From positions 1,519 to 65,518 of the forward strand of contig CAZWQT010000002.1 in the NCBI GenBank assembly GCA_964635945.1: a DNA stretch of 64,000 nt. Direction: 5' to 3'. The notes beneath the pieces are model-generated. The model made no database searches. It was not told the DNA's origin and saw nothing but the letters and a program-made list of their open reading frames with translations. Positions 46,861 to 57,613 of this stretch are shown here, one piece after another; the stretch's first letter is position 1; the number at the start of each line of letters is the position of its first letter. This stretch comes from an uncultured Akkermansia sp. GTDB lineage: Bacteria > Verrucomicrobiota > Verrucomicrobiia > Methylacidiphilales > Verrucolacustridaceae. Position numbers and translations under genes: made by a program.

Positions 46861-47141
46861 GGTCCCCGACCGAGGTCATCGTCCGTCCCTGCGTTTCCGA
46901 AAAGGGAACCCGTCTGGCTTCTGCCCATAACCAGTACCTTTTTGAGGTGGCAACCGACGCCACCAAGCTCGAGATCCGTCAGGCCATCACGGCCTTATTT
47001 GGCAAGAAGGTGGTCCGTGTGAATACCTTCCGCCGGCCTGGAAAAATTCGTCGCTCCCGTCGTGGCGAGTTGGGTCGCAAAAACCATACCAAGCGGGCAA
47101 TCATCACGCTGGCCGCCGGCCAGAAACTTGAAACCGCTTAA
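46857..47141 (+). CDS. rplW: 50S ribosomal protein L23
   Basis: PCVSEK, FEVATDATKLEI, KRAIITL. Confidence 0.97.
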   Translation: MRSPTEVIVRPCVSEKGTRLASAHNQYLFEVATDATKLEIRQAITALFGKKVVRVNTFRRPGKIRRSRRGELGRKNHTKRAIITLAAGQKLETA

Positions 47142-47152
47142 GGAGTAGCACC

Positions 47153-48004
47153 ATGGCCCTCAAAGAATTCCGCCCCCTGACTCCATCCCTTCGTTACACC
47201 ATGCTGCGGGACTTTTCCGAGCTGACGCCTGACTCGAAGCCCGAGAAAAAGCTACTCGAAATCAAGCGCCGCACCGGTGGTCGGAACGTTTACGGTCGAA
47301 TGACCTCCCGTCATCGCGGCGGCGGCCACAAAAAGAAGTTTCGGATCATTGAGTGGAATCGCCGGAAGCGGACCACCCCCGGGACGGTTTTGGGTATCCA
47401 ATATGATCCCAATCGCTCGGCCCGGATTGCGCTGGTGGAATATGGCGCGAAGGACCGTGCTTACATTCTCGCACCCGAAGGGCTCCAGGCAGGCGCCAAA
47501 GTGGTCGCCGGTCCTTCCGTTCCGGCTGAACTAGGCAATGCCCTTCCGCTGCGCGCCATCCCGCAGGGGTTGCCACTCCATAATATTGAAATGGTGCCTG
47601 GACGGGGCGGTCAAATCGTTCGCTCGGCAGGAACGGCCGCGATTTGTACGGCCATCGACGGGGACTACGCGCTCCTCAAACTTCCCTCGGGGGAAATTCG
47701 GCGGCTGCACGCGGACTGTTACGCGACGGTCGGCCAGGTTGGAAATGTGGCGCATGAAAAAATCAGTCTTGGCAAGGCGGGTCGAGCCCGCTGGCTGGGG
47801 CGGCGGCCGCATGTTCGCGGCATGGTGATGAACCCGATCGACCATCCGATGGGTGGCGGACAGGGCAAGAGCAAGGGTGGGGGCGGACGGCAACATCCGG
47901 TCTCTCCTTGGGGGCAGCTGGCTAAAGGCCTGAAGACACGTCATCGGCATAAACCCTCCAGCCGGTTCATTGTGCAAGACCGGAGAAAGAAAAAATCGTC
48001 ATGA
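47153..48004 (+). CDS. rplB: 50S ribosomal protein L2
   Basis: [30 protein letters not shown]. Confidence 0.99.
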   Translation: MALKEFRPLTPSLRYTMLRDFSELTPDSKPEKKLLEIKRRTGGRNVYGRMTSRHRGGGHKKKFRIIEWNRRKRTTPGTVLGIQYDPNRSARIALVEYGAKDRAYILAPEGLQAGAKVVAGPSVPAELGNALPLRAIPQGLPLHNIEMVPGRGGQIVRSAGTAAICTAIDGDYALLKLPSGEIRRLHADCYATVGQVGNVAHEKISLGKAGRARWLGRRPHVRGMVMNPIDHPMGGGQGKSKGGGGRQHPVSPWGQLAKGLKTRHRHKPSSRFIVQDRRKKKSS

Positions 48005-48273
48005 GTCGCAGTCTGAAAAAGGGTCCCTTTATCGACGATCATCTGATCGTGAAGGTCCAGAAAATGGGGGCTGCCAAAAAGCCGATCAAAACCTGGTCGC
48101 GTCGGTCCATGATTGCCCCCGAGTTTGTCGGGCATACGTTCCTGGTTCACAACGGCAAGGCCTTCAACCCGGTTTTCGTGACGGAAAACATGGTTGGACA
48201 CCGTCTGGGAGAATTTTCCCCCACTCGCGTCTTTAAGAGGCACGGCGGCCATACCGAGAAGGTGACGAAATGA
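48001..48273 (+). CDS. rpsS: 30S ribosomal protein S19
   Basis: [25 protein letters not shown]. Confidence 0.99.
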   Translation: MSRSLKKGPFIDDHLIVKVQKMGAAKKPIKTWSRRSMIAPEFVGHTFLVHNGKAFNPVFVTENMVGHRLGEFSPTRVFKRHGGHTEKVTK

Positions 48274-48914
48274 AGTTTCTTCTCGCCCTCCTCATTTTCA
48301 CCGCCCCGGTTTTCGCCAGCCCCAAGGCCAAGGTTGACGACCTCGCCATGGCCCAGGCCGAAGCCAAGGCCTATCGCGAGGCCTGGCTGGATCTCAAGCG
48401 CCGTGACGAGATCCTGGGCCTGTCATCCCTCAGCTCCGAGGCCCGCGACAGTCACGAAAAAGTAGCCCGCCTGGCTGGAGAGCTAATCCGCTCGGAAAGG
48501 GCGCGCCTGGCGGTATTTGAGAAGGCCAAGTCGGCAGTCGAGGCTGCCGTGAAGTGGGCAGGGGAAGCTGATGCCGCGAAGCGTGCTTCCGCACGTTCCG
48601 AGTTTGAGTCGGCTAAGCGGACGCTGGAGGCGACCATGAAGCAGACATCTGCCCCCCGTCCTACGGCCTCCGGTCTGACCGACGCTCAAATTGTGGCGGT
48701 TGATCGCGAGCAGCAGGCGGTGGTGCTGAACCTAGGTAGCCTGCAGGGGGCCAAAGAAGGAATGCCTTTTCGGATCCTACGCCAGGATCAGGTTATCGGC
48801 AGTTGCCGCCTGATTGAGGTGCGGGAAATGACTTCCGCCGGTTTACCGGAGCAACTAGCCAAGAATCTTCAGCCGGAAGTGGGGGACCGCATCGCGGTGT
48901 TGGCAGAGAAATGA
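48270..48914 (+). CDS. Secreted hypothetical protein inserted in the S10 operon
   Basis: Signal peptide [16 protein letters not shown], helical/coiled-coil middle, C-terminal beta domain; ATGA overlaps at both ends. Confidence 0.85.
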   Translation: MKFLLALLIFTAPVFASPKAKVDDLAMAQAEAKAYREAWLDLKRRDEILGLSSLSSEARDSHEKVARLAGELIRSERARLAVFEKAKSAVEAAVKWAGEADAAKRASARSEFESAKRTLEATMKQTSAPRPTASGLTDAQIVAVDREQQAVVLNLGSLQGAKEGMPFRILRQDQVIGSCRLIEVREMTSAGLPEQLAKNLQPEVGDRIAVLAEK

Positions 48915-49330
48915 GCACCGAGATCCGCACGGCCCGCGCCGAAATGAAATACGCCCGGATGTCGGCGTTTAAAATCCGGGATATCGCCCGATGCCTTCGC
49001 GGCCTTCCGGCCCACGAGGCGGATGCGCGTCTTCGTTTTGCTCCTCAAAAATCGGCCCGGCTGCTGGTGCAGACCCTCCGTTCTGCGGTGGCGAATGCGG
49101 AAAGCCAGCTTTCCATTCCGGCCGAAAAGCTCGTGGTGCATGAGGTGATGGTGGGGGAAGGGCCAACCTTCCACCGTTTTCAGCCGAAGGCCCGCGGCAG
49201 CGCCGGCCCAATTCGGAAGCGCACCAGCCACATCCGGATCACCCTCAAGGAAGTTTCCGCCGAGGAAGCAAAACCGAAGGGGAAAAAGGATAAGAAACCC
49301 GCCAAGGCCAAGGCCGCGGCAAAGGAATAA
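48911..49330 (+). CDS. rplV: 50S ribosomal protein L22
   Basis: SAVANAE, GEGPT..PKARG..KRTSHI. Confidence 0.98.
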   Translation: MSTEIRTARAEMKYARMSAFKIRDIARCLRGLPAHEADARLRFAPQKSARLLVQTLRSAVANAESQLSIPAEKLVVHEVMVGEGPTFHRFQPKARGSAGPIRKRTSHIRITLKEVSAEEAKPKGKKDKKPAKAKAAAKE

Positions 49331-49336
49331 GTCGTT

Positions 49337-49966
49337 ATGGGCCAAAAGACCAACCCCATCGGATTCCGGCTTCCCGTGCAGCGCAATTGGCGCTCGATCT
49401 GGTACGCCGACAAAAAGAACTTCCCGGTATTCCTGCATGAGGACTACCAAATCCGCAACTTTATCAAGAAACGGCTGGAGAGTGCGGCCATTTCCAAAGT
49501 GGTCATCGAGAGGGCGTCCAACCGCGTTCGGGTGACCCTCCATACCGCCCGGCCAGGCTTGGTGATCGGCCGAAAGGCCAGCGAACTCGACAAGCTCCGC
49601 GAAGAGACCCAGGCCCTCACGCCGGAGCGGGAAGTGCTGATTGACGTGAAGGAAATCAAGAATCCCGAGCTCGATGCCCAGCTGGTGGCGGAAAACATTG
49701 CCTTGCAGTTGGAGCGGCGCGTCTCTTTTCGTCGGGCCGTCAAAAAAGCGATGCAGACATCTCTCGATTTCGGTGCCGCCGGGGTCAAGATCCGCGTAGG
49801 CGGGCGCCTTGGAGGAGGGGAAATTGCCCGTTCCGAACAGTATCACGAGGGGAAGGTTCCGCTGCACACCTTGCGGGCCAACATCGACTACGGCTTTGCC
49901 GAAGCCCACACCGTCGCGGGCAAAATCGGCGTCAAGGTTTGGATCTGCCAAGGGGAGGGGAGCTAA
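49337..49966 (+). CDS. rpsC: 30S ribosomal protein S3
   Basis: [30 protein letters not shown]. Confidence 0.99.
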   Translation: MGQKTNPIGFRLPVQRNWRSIWYADKKNFPVFLHEDYQIRNFIKKRLESAAISKVVIERASNRVRVTLHTARPGLVIGRKASELDKLREETQALTPEREVLIDVKEIKNPELDAQLVAENIALQLERRVSFRRAVKKAMQTSLDFGAAGVKIRVGGRLGGGEIARSEQYHEGKVPLHTLRANIDYGFAEAHTVAGKIGVKVWICQGEGS

Positions 49967-49969
49967 GCC

Positions 49970-50395
49970 ATGCCTTTACTTCCTAAGCGGGTTAAATACC
50001 GGAAAACCCAGCGGGGTAGCCGCAAGGGATTTGCCTCCCGGAATATTCACCTGGCGTTCGGCGCCTATGGCCTCCAGTCCCTCGAACGATGCTGGCTGAC
50101 CAACATCCAGATTGAGGCCGCCCGGGTGGCTTTGACCCGGAATATGAATCGCCGGGGAAAGTTGTGGATACGGGTATTCCCAGACAAATCGGTAACCAGC
50201 CGACCCCCGGAAACCCGGATGGGTAAGGGGAAAGGGCAGCCTGAATTTTGGGTGGCCGTTATCAAACCTGGGACTATTATCTTTGAGCTCGACGGCTTGG
50301 CGGAAGTCGACGCAAAGGAATGCTTTCGTTTGGCAGCCAGCAAGTTGCCAATGAGGAACCGTTTCGTCACCCGCGAAAGGAGATTGGTATTTTGA
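49970..50395 (+). CDS. rplP: 50S ribosomal protein L16
   Basis: [21 protein letters not shown]. Confidence 0.99.
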   Translation: MPLLPKRVKYRKTQRGSRKGFASRNIHLAFGAYGLQSLERCWLTNIQIEAARVALTRNMNRRGKLWIRVFPDKSVTSRPPETRMGKGKGQPEFWVAVIKPGTIIFELDGLAEVDAKECFRLAASKLPMRNRFVTRERRLVF

Positions 50396-50604
50396 AGATT
50401 GAAGAGATCCGTGGCCTCAAAGAGGCCGATTTGGGGCGCAAGGCGGAAGAACTCCGCCGGGAGCGGTTCCAACTGCGCGTCCAGCAGCAGACAGGGCAAC
50501 TCGAGAAGCCGAATCGTCTCCGTGAGATTCGCCGAACCCTTGCGCGGATCGAGACAGCCAAGACGGAAGTCAAACGGGCCGCAGCGTCGAAAGGGAAGAA
50601 ATGA
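50392..50604 (+). CDS. rpmC: 50S ribosomal protein L29 (TTG start)
   Basis: [31 protein letters not shown]; SD AAGGAG and TTGA overlap with the rplP stop. Confidence 0.93.
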   Translation: MKIEEIRGLKEADLGRKAEELRRERFQLRVQQQTGQLEKPNRLREIRRTLARIETAKTEVKRAAASKGKK

Positions 50605-50888
50605 GCGATCAAGCCCAGAAGCCGGTAACCAAAGAGCGTATCGGAGAGGTAATTTCCGCCAAGATGGACAAGACGATCGTGGTACGGGTGGAGCGCCGGT
50701 TCCCCCATCCGCAGTTCAAGAAGATCGTCAGATTCCGGAAAAAGTTTTATGCCCACGATGGCGAAAAAAAGGCGAAAGAGGGGGACACCGTTCGCATTGC
50801 GGAGTGTCGTCCCCTCAGCAAACTAAAGCGCTGGAAGCTTGTGGAGGTGATTTCCCAAGCCGAGGCCCCTGCCGGAGCCGTCGTATGA
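50601..50888 (+). CDS. rpsQ: 30S ribosomal protein S17
   Basis: [22 protein letters not shown]. Confidence 0.98.
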   Translation: MSDQAQKPVTKERIGEVISAKMDKTIVVRVERRFPHPQFKKIVRFRKKFYAHDGEKKAKEGDTVRIAECRPLSKLKRWKLVEVISQAEAPAGAVV

Positions 50889-51250
50889 TCCAGATCCGCT
50901 CCTGGCTCGACATCGCGGATAATACCGGAGCCCGCAAGGCCACCATGATCGGTGTCATCGGCCGTAAAACCCTCGTGGCCCGCGTGGGGGATATCATCAC
51001 AGCCAACGTGAAAGAAGCCGCTCCGGATGGCACCGTGAAAAAGAGTGAGGTTGTCCGGGCGGTGGTTGTCCGCACCAGGTTTCCGGTACGACGCGCCGAC
51101 GGATCCTATCTCCGCTTTGATAGCAACGCCGCCGTGATCATCGACAAGGATTCCAATCCCCGGGGCACCCGTATTTTTGGTCCGGTGGCCCGGGAGCTTC
51201 GCGAAAAGAATTTCATGAAAATCATCTCACTTGCGCCGGAGGTCATCTAA
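50885..51250 (+). CDS. rplN: 50S ribosomal protein L14
   Basis: [36 protein letters not shown]. Confidence 0.98.
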   Translation: MIQIRSWLDIADNTGARKATMIGVIGRKTLVARVGDIITANVKEAAPDGTVKKSEVVRAVVVRTRFPVRRADGSYLRFDSNAAVIIDKDSNPRGTRIFGPVARELREKNFMKIISLAPEVI

Positions 51251-51260
51251 GGATTCCGTC

Positions 51261-51551
51261 ATGAGCAAGTTTCATGTTCATAAAGGGGACGAGGTTGAGG
51301 TCATCACCGGAGCCAATCGCGGCCGCAAGGGCAAGATCCTTGAGGTGAAGACTGACGCCCATCGCGTTCTGATTGAGGGCGTAAACCTGATCAAACGGCA
51401 CGTTCGTCCTACCCAGGACAATCCCAAGGGTGGGGTGGTTGAGCGCGAGGGCACCATTCACATTTCCAATGTCCGGCTTTTGAATCGCCCGGCGGCCGGC
51501 AAACGGGATGACAAAAAAGCCAAGGAGAAGCCCGGCAAGGGCAGGAAATAA
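51261..51551 (+). CDS. rplX: 50S ribosomal protein L24
   Basis: KGDEVEVITG KOW, EGVN, IHISNV. Confidence 0.98.
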   Translation: MSKFHVHKGDEVEVITGANRGRKGKILEVKTDAHRVLIEGVNLIKRHVRPTQDNPKGGVVEREGTIHISNVRLLNRPAAGKRDDKKAKEKPGKGRK

Positions 51552-51554
51552 GCC

Positions 51555-52169
51555 ATGGAATGCGACCTAAAAAATCTTTATTTGAAGGATGTCGTGCCGG
51601 CCATGATGAAGGGGCGCAACTATCAAAATATTCATCAGGTCCCGAAACTGGAAAAGATTGTGGTGAATTGCTCCATGGGGTCAGCCCAGGACGTGAAAGC
51701 GGCGTTGGAGGATGCGGTCAATGATCTGACCCTGATCTCCGGCCAGAAGCCGATCAAAACCCGTTCCAAAAAAAGCATTTCCAACTTCAAGCTTCGCCTT
51801 CACCAGGAAATCGGTTGCAAGGTGACGCTTCGAGGGAAGCGGATGTACGAGTTTCTTTTGCGATTCACCCGAATGGCCCTTCCGCGGATCCGTGATTTTC
51901 GAGGCGTGCCGAACGGCGGATTCGATGGGCGCGGGGCCTACACGCTGGGCGTCAAGGATCACACGATTTTTCCTGAAATCGAACTCGACAAAGTGAAGCG
52001 AAACCTGGGTTTTGATGTCACCTTTGTCACCACCGGCAAGGATCGGGAAGAGACCCGGGAAATGCTGTTGCGCATGGGCATGCCGTTTATCGAACGATCC
52101 CACGCGCCGGACGCCGCCAAGGCGGCCCCCAAGGAGAAAAACAATGGCCAAGAAGTGCTGGCGGCTTAA
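51555..52169 (+). CDS. rplE: 50S ribosomal protein L5
   Basis: [28 protein letters not shown]. Confidence 0.98.
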   Translation: MECDLKNLYLKDVVPAMMKGRNYQNIHQVPKLEKIVVNCSMGSAQDVKAALEDAVNDLTLISGQKPIKTRSKKSISNFKLRLHQEIGCKVTLRGKRMYEFLLRFTRMALPRIRDFRGVPNGGFDGRGAYTLGVKDHTIFPEIELDKVKRNLGFDVTFVTTGKDREETREMLLRMGMPFIERSHAPDAAKAAPKEKNNGQEVLAA

Positions 52170-52329
52170 GCAAAAGGCGAAGGCGAAGTTTTCGAGCCGG
52201 AAATACAACCGGTGCTCGATCACGGGTCGGCGGCGTTCCTTTATCGGTCGATTTGGGATCAGCCGTATTCAATTCCGGGAGATGGCCCTGCGTGGGGAGA
52301 TTCCCGGTGTCACCAAGGCCAGCTGGTAA
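52144..52329 (+). CDS. rpsN: 30S ribosomal protein S14 (61 aa, zinc ligands lost)
   Basis: [35 protein letters not shown]; SD AAGGAG inside rplE. Confidence 0.95.
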   Translation: MAKKCWRLKQKAKAKFSSRKYNRCSITGRRRSFIGRFGISRIQFREMALRGEIPGVTKASW

Positions 52330-52338
52330 GGATATTTT

Positions 52339-52737
52339 ATGGTAACCGACCCTTTGGCTGATTTTCTGACCATTCTTCGCAACGGATCCGTGGCCGGGCT
52401 ACGGCACGTGAAGGCGCGCCATTCCCGCATGCGGGGGGATATCTTGGGGATCCTGAAGAAAGAAGGGTTTATTGAGGATTTTGAGCTCAAAAAGGACGGT
52501 GGGCATTCCGATTTTCACATCTCCCTCAAGGCAAACCGCAGCCGCAATGGCCGGGCCATCACCTGCATCAAGCGACTTTCCAAGCCTGGTTTGCGTCGCT
52601 ACGTCGGCTCCCGCGAGATTCCAAAATATCTGGGTGGCTTAGGGGTGCCGATTCTGTCCACTCCGCGGGGTGTGCTGACGGGTGAGGACGCAAAGAAACA
52701 AAACGTGGGCGGGGAGCTTCTCCTCGTGGTCTGGTAA
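52339..52737 (+). CDS. rpsH: 30S ribosomal protein S8
   Basis: DPLADFLT, SKPGLRRY, STPRGV, GGELL. Confidence 0.98.
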   Translation: MVTDPLADFLTILRNGSVAGLRHVKARHSRMRGDILGILKKEGFIEDFELKKDGGHSDFHISLKANRSRNGRAITCIKRLSKPGLRRYVGSREIPKYLGGLGVPILSTPRGVLTGEDAKKQNVGGELLLVVW

Positions 52738-53285
52738 TGTCCCGCATCGGCAAATCTCCTGTTCCGGTTCCGGCCAACGTCAAAGTTGCCCTGGAAGGAA
52801 CACGCCTGAAGGCTGAAGGCCCGAAAGGCAAGTTGGGTCTCAATCTGCCCCCGCGGATCACGGCCAAGGTGGATAAGAATCAAATTCTTCTTTCGCGTGA
52901 TGCGGAGGATCGGGAGGCAAGGTCTCTTCACGGCTTGGCGCGCAGCCTTGTCCGCAATGTCATCGAGGGCGTGGCCAATGGGTACACCAAGAAACTTGAA
53001 ATTCACGGGGTGGGATTCAAGGCAAACCTTCAGGGGAAGAAGCTGGTGCTGAATCTTGGAAAATCCCATCCGATTGATTATCCCGTGCCGGCAGAAATCA
53101 AGGTTACGGTCACGGACAACACCCAACTCACGATCGAGGGGGTCGACAAGCAGTTGGTGGGCGCGGTGGCAGCCGATATTCGCGGCTACTATCCTCCGGA
53201 GCCGTACAAGGGCAAAGGCGTTCGTTTCTCCGGTGAAATCATCCGCCGCAAGGAGGGCAAGACGGCCCAAAGCAAGTCAGCCTAA
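52737..53285 (+). CDS. rplF: 50S ribosomal protein L6
   Basis: MSRIGK, GPKG, PEPYKGKG. Confidence 0.99.
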   Translation: MSRIGKSPVPVPANVKVALEGTRLKAEGPKGKLGLNLPPRITAKVDKNQILLSRDAEDREARSLHGLARSLVRNVIEGVANGYTKKLEIHGVGFKANLQGKKLVLNLGKSHPIDYPVPAEIKVTVTDNTQLTIEGVDKQLVGAVAADIRGYYPPEPYKGKGVRFSGEIIRRKEGKTAQSKSA

Positions 53286-53291
53286 ACGATT

Positions 53292-53654
53292 ATGCCTAAT
53301 CCATCCAAACACCGTCGCGAGCGTCGCCATCGGATCCATGCCCGGATTCGTCTGCGGATCCGCGGGGAAGCCGGCAAGCCGCGTCTTTGCGTGGCCTTCA
53401 CTGGAAAACATATCTATGCGCAGGTGATTGATGATGTCGCCGGCAAAACCCTGGCCGCCGTGGCCAGCACGCAGGAGAGCCACAAGGGCTCAAAGCCGAA
53501 CGTCGCGGGAGCGGCCAAGCTCGGTAAAGCCCTGGCGGAGAAAGCCTCTTCCAAGGGCGTTTCCGCGGTGGTGTTTGACCGGGGTGGATTTCTTTATCAA
53601 GGCAAGGTGAAGGCCTTTGCCGAAGCGGCCCGCCAGGCCGGCTTAAAATTCTAG
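53292..53654 (+). CDS. rplR: 50S ribosomal protein L18
   Basis: [19 protein letters not shown]. Confidence 0.98.
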   Translation: MPNPSKHRRERRHRIHARIRLRIRGEAGKPRLCVAFTGKHIYAQVIDDVAGKTLAAVASTQESHKGSKPNVAGAAKLGKALAEKASSKGVSAVVFDRGGFLYQGKVKAFAEAARQAGLKF

Positions 53655-53667
53655 GAAGGACGAACGA

Positions 53668-54297
53668 ATGAGCACAGCGCCCGTGGCGGCCGAAACAGAT
53701 GTGACCAAGGACATGGAACCCGTGCCTGAAAAGGCCGCGTTTTCCAAGACCTCGGAGTTTATTCCCACAGCGGAACCAACCACCACACGCCGGGACCGTA
53801 CCCGTACCCCTTCGGATATGTTTGAGAAGGTCGTGTTCGTCAATCGCTGTGCCAAAGTGGTCAAGGGCGGTCGTCGTTTCAGCTTCAGTGCTCTCCTTGT
53901 GGTCGGGGACAATAAGGGCAAGGTAGGGGTCGGTTTTGGTAAAGCGCGCGAGGTTGCCGAGGCCATTCGCAAGGGGACGGAAAACGCCAAAAAGAATCTT
54001 CACAACTACCACATCGGCCCGAGCACGATTCCGCATGAAGTGACCGGCGCATTTGGCGGAGGCAAGGTTCTGCTCCGGCCGGCTTCTTTGGGAACCGGCT
54101 TAATTGCCGGAGGAGGAGTCCGTGCAGTCTTGGAAGCGGCCGGGGTAAAGGACATTTTGGCAAAATCCATGGGATCGAGTAACCCCGCCAACGTGGTCAA
54201 GGCCACGGTGGATGCCCTATCGCGTCTTCGGACCCGTTCCCAGATTCTCGAAACTCGCGGCAAAAAACGGCCCGAGAAGGGGAAGGACATTTCATGA
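53668..54297 (+). CDS. rpsE: 30S ribosomal protein S5
   Basis: [22 protein letters not shown]; long N-terminal extension. Confidence 0.98.
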   Translation: MSTAPVAAETDVTKDMEPVPEKAAFSKTSEFIPTAEPTTTRRDRTRTPSDMFEKVVFVNRCAKVVKGGRRFSFSALLVVGDNKGKVGVGFGKAREVAEAIRKGTENAKKNLHNYHIGPSTIPHEVTGAFGGGKVLLRPASLGTGLIAGGGVRAVLEAAGVKDILAKSMGSSNPANVVKATVDALSRLRTRSQILETRGKKRPEKGKDIS

Positions 54298-54740
54298 GTA
54301 CCACGATTCCCAGGCCCGGCGCCCGGCATCGGCGCAAGCGGGTGGGCTGTGGCGAAAGCTCCGGTCACGGCAAGACTTCCGGCAAGGGGCATAAGGGGCA
54401 AAAGGCCCGTTCCGGTGGCAGCATCCGCCTTGGTTTCGAAGGTGGTCAGATGCCCTTGATCCGGCGTATTCCCAAGCGCGGCTTCAACAATACGGATTTC
54501 AGCATTCGTTATGCTCCGGTCAATTTGGACGCTCTGGAGGTTTTTCCGGACGGGTCCAAAGTCGATGAGGCTGGCCTGCGCGCCCGGGGTTTGGTGAAGG
54601 GCAATTGGGATGGGGTGAAGCTTCTGGGGGGTGGCAAACTCAAGCCCAAGAATCTGAATTTAGAAGTCCATGCCGCGAGCGGTTCGGCCAAGGCTGCGCT
54701 CGAGGCGGCGGGGGGGAAGCTTACCCTCCTAAAGTCCTAA
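54294..54740 (+). CDS. rplO: 50S ribosomal protein L15
   Basis: [24 protein letters not shown]. Confidence 0.98.
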   Translation: MSTTIPRPGARHRRKRVGCGESSGHGKTSGKGHKGQKARSGGSIRLGFEGGQMPLIRRIPKRGFNNTDFSIRYAPVNLDALEVFPDGSKVDEAGLRARGLVKGNWDGVKLLGGGKLKPKNLNLEVHAASGSAKAALEAAGGKLTLLKS

Positions 54741-54762
54741 GCGGACCGGTACCCGACGGGCC

Positions 54763-56256
54763 ATGCTCCACGCCCTCCTCAATTGTTTTAAGATTCCAGA
54801 GCTCCGTCAGCGGATCATCTTCACGCTGGCTTTGGTGGTGGTCGTCCGGATCGGCGCTTCGATTCCGTGTCCCGGAATCAACCCTCTCGTTTTGGGGGAG
54901 TTCTTTAAGCAGGTCATCGATTCTCAGGACCAGGGAAGTGTCATCGGGCTCTTCAATCTTTTCAGCGGTGGGGCCTTGGAAAATTGCGCGATCTTTTCCC
55001 TCACAATCATGCCTTACATCAGCGCCAGCATTGTCATGCAGCTGGCCACAGGCGTAATTCCCTCACTTGGGAAAATGGTTCGGGAGGAGGGGGGGCGGCA
55101 GAAAATTACCCAGTACACCCGGATCGGCACCCTTATCCTTTGCATCGTACAGGGATATCTATTGGCGGTGAGCTTTGAGAATCCCGCGAACATCCCGATT
55201 TTTTCCGGCATTGATCAGGTGATTCAGCGCATGGGGCCCTTGGTCCCGGAGCCAGGCATCGCTTTCCGTGTCATGACGGTCATCACCTTGACCGCAGGCA
55301 CCATGTTCCTGATGTGGATTGGCGAACAGGTCACGGAGAAGGGAATCGGCAACGGAATCTCCCTGATTATCACGGTGGGCATTGTGGCACGACTCCCGGC
55401 GGCTCTGGTGGCCGGCTGGCAGGTGTTTGTTCCGCCGGCTGACAGTGGTCGCGAACCCATCAGCCCGTTTGTCCTCTTTCTTTTGCTGGCCTTCCTTTTT
55501 ACGGTGATCGCATCCACGATTGCGCTGACCCAGGCCCTTCGAAAAGTCAGCGTTCAGTATGCCAAACAGGTAAGGGGAAACCGGGTGTACGGGGGGCAAA
55601 CCTCCTTTTTGCCGCTGAAGGTGAATTACGCCGGGGTGATGCCGATCATCTTTGCCAACGCCATTCTGCTTTTCCCGGCCAGCATTCTCGGCTTCCTATT
55701 TCCCGGGTCTCCCACGGCCAACAAAATTGCCGCCGCCCTCGCGACCGGATGGCTTCATTACCTGCTTTATGCCGGGATGATTTTCTTTTTCTCCTATTTC
55801 TGGGTTGCGATGGTCTTCAATCCGATCCAGATCGCGGACGACATGAAGCGGCATGGAGGTTTTATTCCCGGGGTCCGCCCAGGCGAAACGACGGCCCAGT
55901 TCCTTGATTTTGCGATGACCCGGCTCACCTTTGCCGGGGCGATCTTCCTGACCGTGTTGGCGGTGTTGCCGATGATTGTGCAGAACCTGCTGGGTATCCC
56001 CAGCATCACCGCGCAGTTCTTTGGTGGAACGGGCCTTCTCATTATCGTCGGCGTCATGCTCGACACCATGCGTCAAGCGGAGACCTATCTTCTCCAACGG
56101 CACTACGATGGATTCCTGCGTAAAGGCCGGATCAAGGGTCGGACCGTTGCCGCGGTGGGAGGAAGCTCCAACACCATTTCCGAGCGGCAGATCGCCTGGC
56201 TCCTGGTGATCATTGCAGTGATTGCCTTGGGCGGGGTGGTTCTCTCCCTTCGGTAA
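54763..56256 (+). CDS. secY: Preprotein translocase SecY
   Basis: IMPYISASI, GIGNGISL, AGVMPIIFA, IPGVRPG, GGTGLLI. Confidence 0.99.
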   Translation: MLHALLNCFKIPELRQRIIFTLALVVVVRIGASIPCPGINPLVLGEFFKQVIDSQDQGSVIGLFNLFSGGALENCAIFSLTIMPYISASIVMQLATGVIPSLGKMVREEGGRQKITQYTRIGTLILCIVQGYLLAVSFENPANIPIFSGIDQVIQRMGPLVPEPGIAFRVMTVITLTAGTMFLMWIGEQVTEKGIGNGISLIITVGIVARLPAALVAGWQVFVPPADSGREPISPFVLFLLLAFLFTVIASTIALTQALRKVSVQYAKQVRGNRVYGGQTSFLPLKVNYAGVMPIIFANAILLFPASILGFLFPGSPTANKIAAALATGWLHYLLYAGMIFFFSYFWVAMVFNPIQIADDMKRHGGFIPGVRPGETTAQFLDFAMTRLTFAGAIFLTVLAVLPMIVQNLLGIPSITAQFFGGTGLLIIVGVMLDTMRQAETYLLQRHYDGFLRKGRIKGRTVAAVGGSSNTISERQIAWLLVIIAVIALGGVVLSLR

Positions 56257-56270
56257 GGGCCGGTCGGCCC

Positions 56271-57074
56271 ATGCCTCCCATCCCAATCAAGGACGCGGCA
56301 GGAATTGCCGGAATGCGGGCGAGTTGCCGATTGGCCAGAAAAATTCTTGAGGAACTTTGTCATTTCCTGGAGCCCGGCAAGACCACAGGGGAGATCGATC
56401 GAAGAGCCGGGGAATTAATTGCGTTGCATGGGGCCCGCAGTGCTTTTCTGGGGTATCGAAAATTTCCCGGCCAACTGTGTATCTCGGTGAATGAGGAGGT
56501 CGTGCATGGGATCGGTGGTTCGCGTCGTCTGGGTTACGGGGATGTGGTGAAGCTCGACGTGGGGATCGTTTTGGATGGCTGGGTTGGAGACACCGCCACG
56601 ACGGTGGGACTGGGGGCCATTCCGCCGGCACGGCAACGGTTACTGGAGCGGACTCAGGCAGCCTTGGAGGCGGGGATTTTGGCGGCAAGGGGAGGGGCGA
56701 AATTGGGCGATATTTGTCATGCGGTGGAGTCGACCGTGAAAAAAGCGGGCTACAGCGTGGTGCGGGAGTTTGTCGGGCACGGGGTTGGGAGGAAACTTCA
56801 TGAGGAGCCCCAGATCCCCAACTTCGGCCGAGCTAACTCCGGCCCCGTCCTGCGGCCGGGCATGACCTTGGCAATTGAGCCCATGGTCAACGAGGGCAGT
56901 CCGGAAGTCCGAATTCTGAAGGATGGGTGGACAGCGGTGACCGCCGACGGGCGGGATTCTGCCCACTTTGAGCATGTGATCCTGATCACCGAGGGGGAAC
57001 CGGAAATTCTAACGGAATCCATTGAAGTTGATAGGGATAGGAAGGTGCTTGCCAACAGTTCGGCAACCCGATAG
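56271..57074 (+). CDS. map: Methionine aminopeptidase type I
   Basis: ISVNEEVVHGI, GHGVG..HEEP, AIEPM, AHFEH. Confidence 0.98.
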   Translation: MPPIPIKDAAGIAGMRASCRLARKILEELCHFLEPGKTTGEIDRRAGELIALHGARSAFLGYRKFPGQLCISVNEEVVHGIGGSRRLGYGDVVKLDVGIVLDGWVGDTATTVGLGAIPPARQRLLERTQAALEAGILAARGGAKLGDICHAVESTVKKAGYSVVREFVGHGVGRKLHEEPQIPNFGRANSGPVLRPGMTLAIEPMVNEGSPEVRILKDGWTAVTADGRDSAHFEHVILITEGEPEILTESIEVDRDRKVLANSSATR

Positions 57075-57077
57075 GAT
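57049..57077 (+). promoter_or_regulatory. Putative promoter of rpmJ-rpsM-rpsK-rpsD-rpoA-rplQ within the map 3' end
   Basis: TTGCCA-17 bp-TAGGAT. Confidence 0.6.
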
Positions 57078-57092
57078 TCGAATTTACGTCTT

Positions 57093-57209
57093 ATGAAGGT
57101 AAGAGCATCTGTCAAACGCCGCACAAGCGACTGCCAAGTCGTTCGCCGCCGTGGGCGTATTTATATTATCAACAAGAAGAACCCTCGTTTGAAACAGAGG
57201 CAGGGGTAA
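57093..57209 (+). CDS. rpmJ: 50S ribosomal protein L36 (zinc-free; too short for the ORF track)
   Basis: Manual translation [38 protein letters not shown]. Confidence 0.96.
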   Translation: MKVRASVKRRTSDCQVVRRRGRIYIINKKNPRLKQRQG

Positions 57210-57213
57210 AAAT

Positions 57214-57609
57214 ATGCCGCGGATTCTTGGCGTAGATGTTCCTGGCGAAAAGAGGGTTGAGTTCAGTCTGCGTTACGTTTACGGCATCGGACCGACTCGT
57301 GCCCAGCAAGTGGTGGCCGAGGCGGAAATTCCTCAGGAAATGCGCGCAAAAGATCTGACGGATCAGCAGATCAACCGGTTGATCGGGGTGATTCAGCGGA
57401 ATCGTTTTCTTATCGAAGGAGATTTACGCCGCGACATCCAGCAGAACCTGAAGCGTCTGCAGTCGATCAACTGCTACCGGGGCATCCGTCATCGGAAGGG
57501 GCTTCCGGTTCGTGGGCAACGCACCTCCACCAATGCTCGTACCCGCAAGGGACCTCGCAAGACGGTGGGGGTGATCCGCAGCAAGGACGCGAAGTCCGCC
57601 AAGACGTAA
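57214..57609 (+). CDS. rpsM: 30S ribosomal protein S13
   Basis: [23 protein letters not shown]. Confidence 0.99.
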   Translation: MPRILGVDVPGEKRVEFSLRYVYGIGPTRAQQVVAEAEIPQEMRAKDLTDQQINRLIGVIQRNRFLIEGDLRRDIQQNLKRLQSINCYRGIRHRKGLPVRGQRTSTNARTRKGPRKTVGVIRSKDAKSAKT

Positions 57610-57613
57610 TCCC

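Noticed and set aside
48270-48914. Mobile element explanation for the S10-operon insert
   Set aside because: No transposase or nuclease motifs, terminal repeats or flanking non-coding DNA.
50399-50884. Apparent 283-aa L14 fusion
   Set aside because: The upstream part is an alternative frame over rpmC and rpsQ; L14 begins at ATG 50885.
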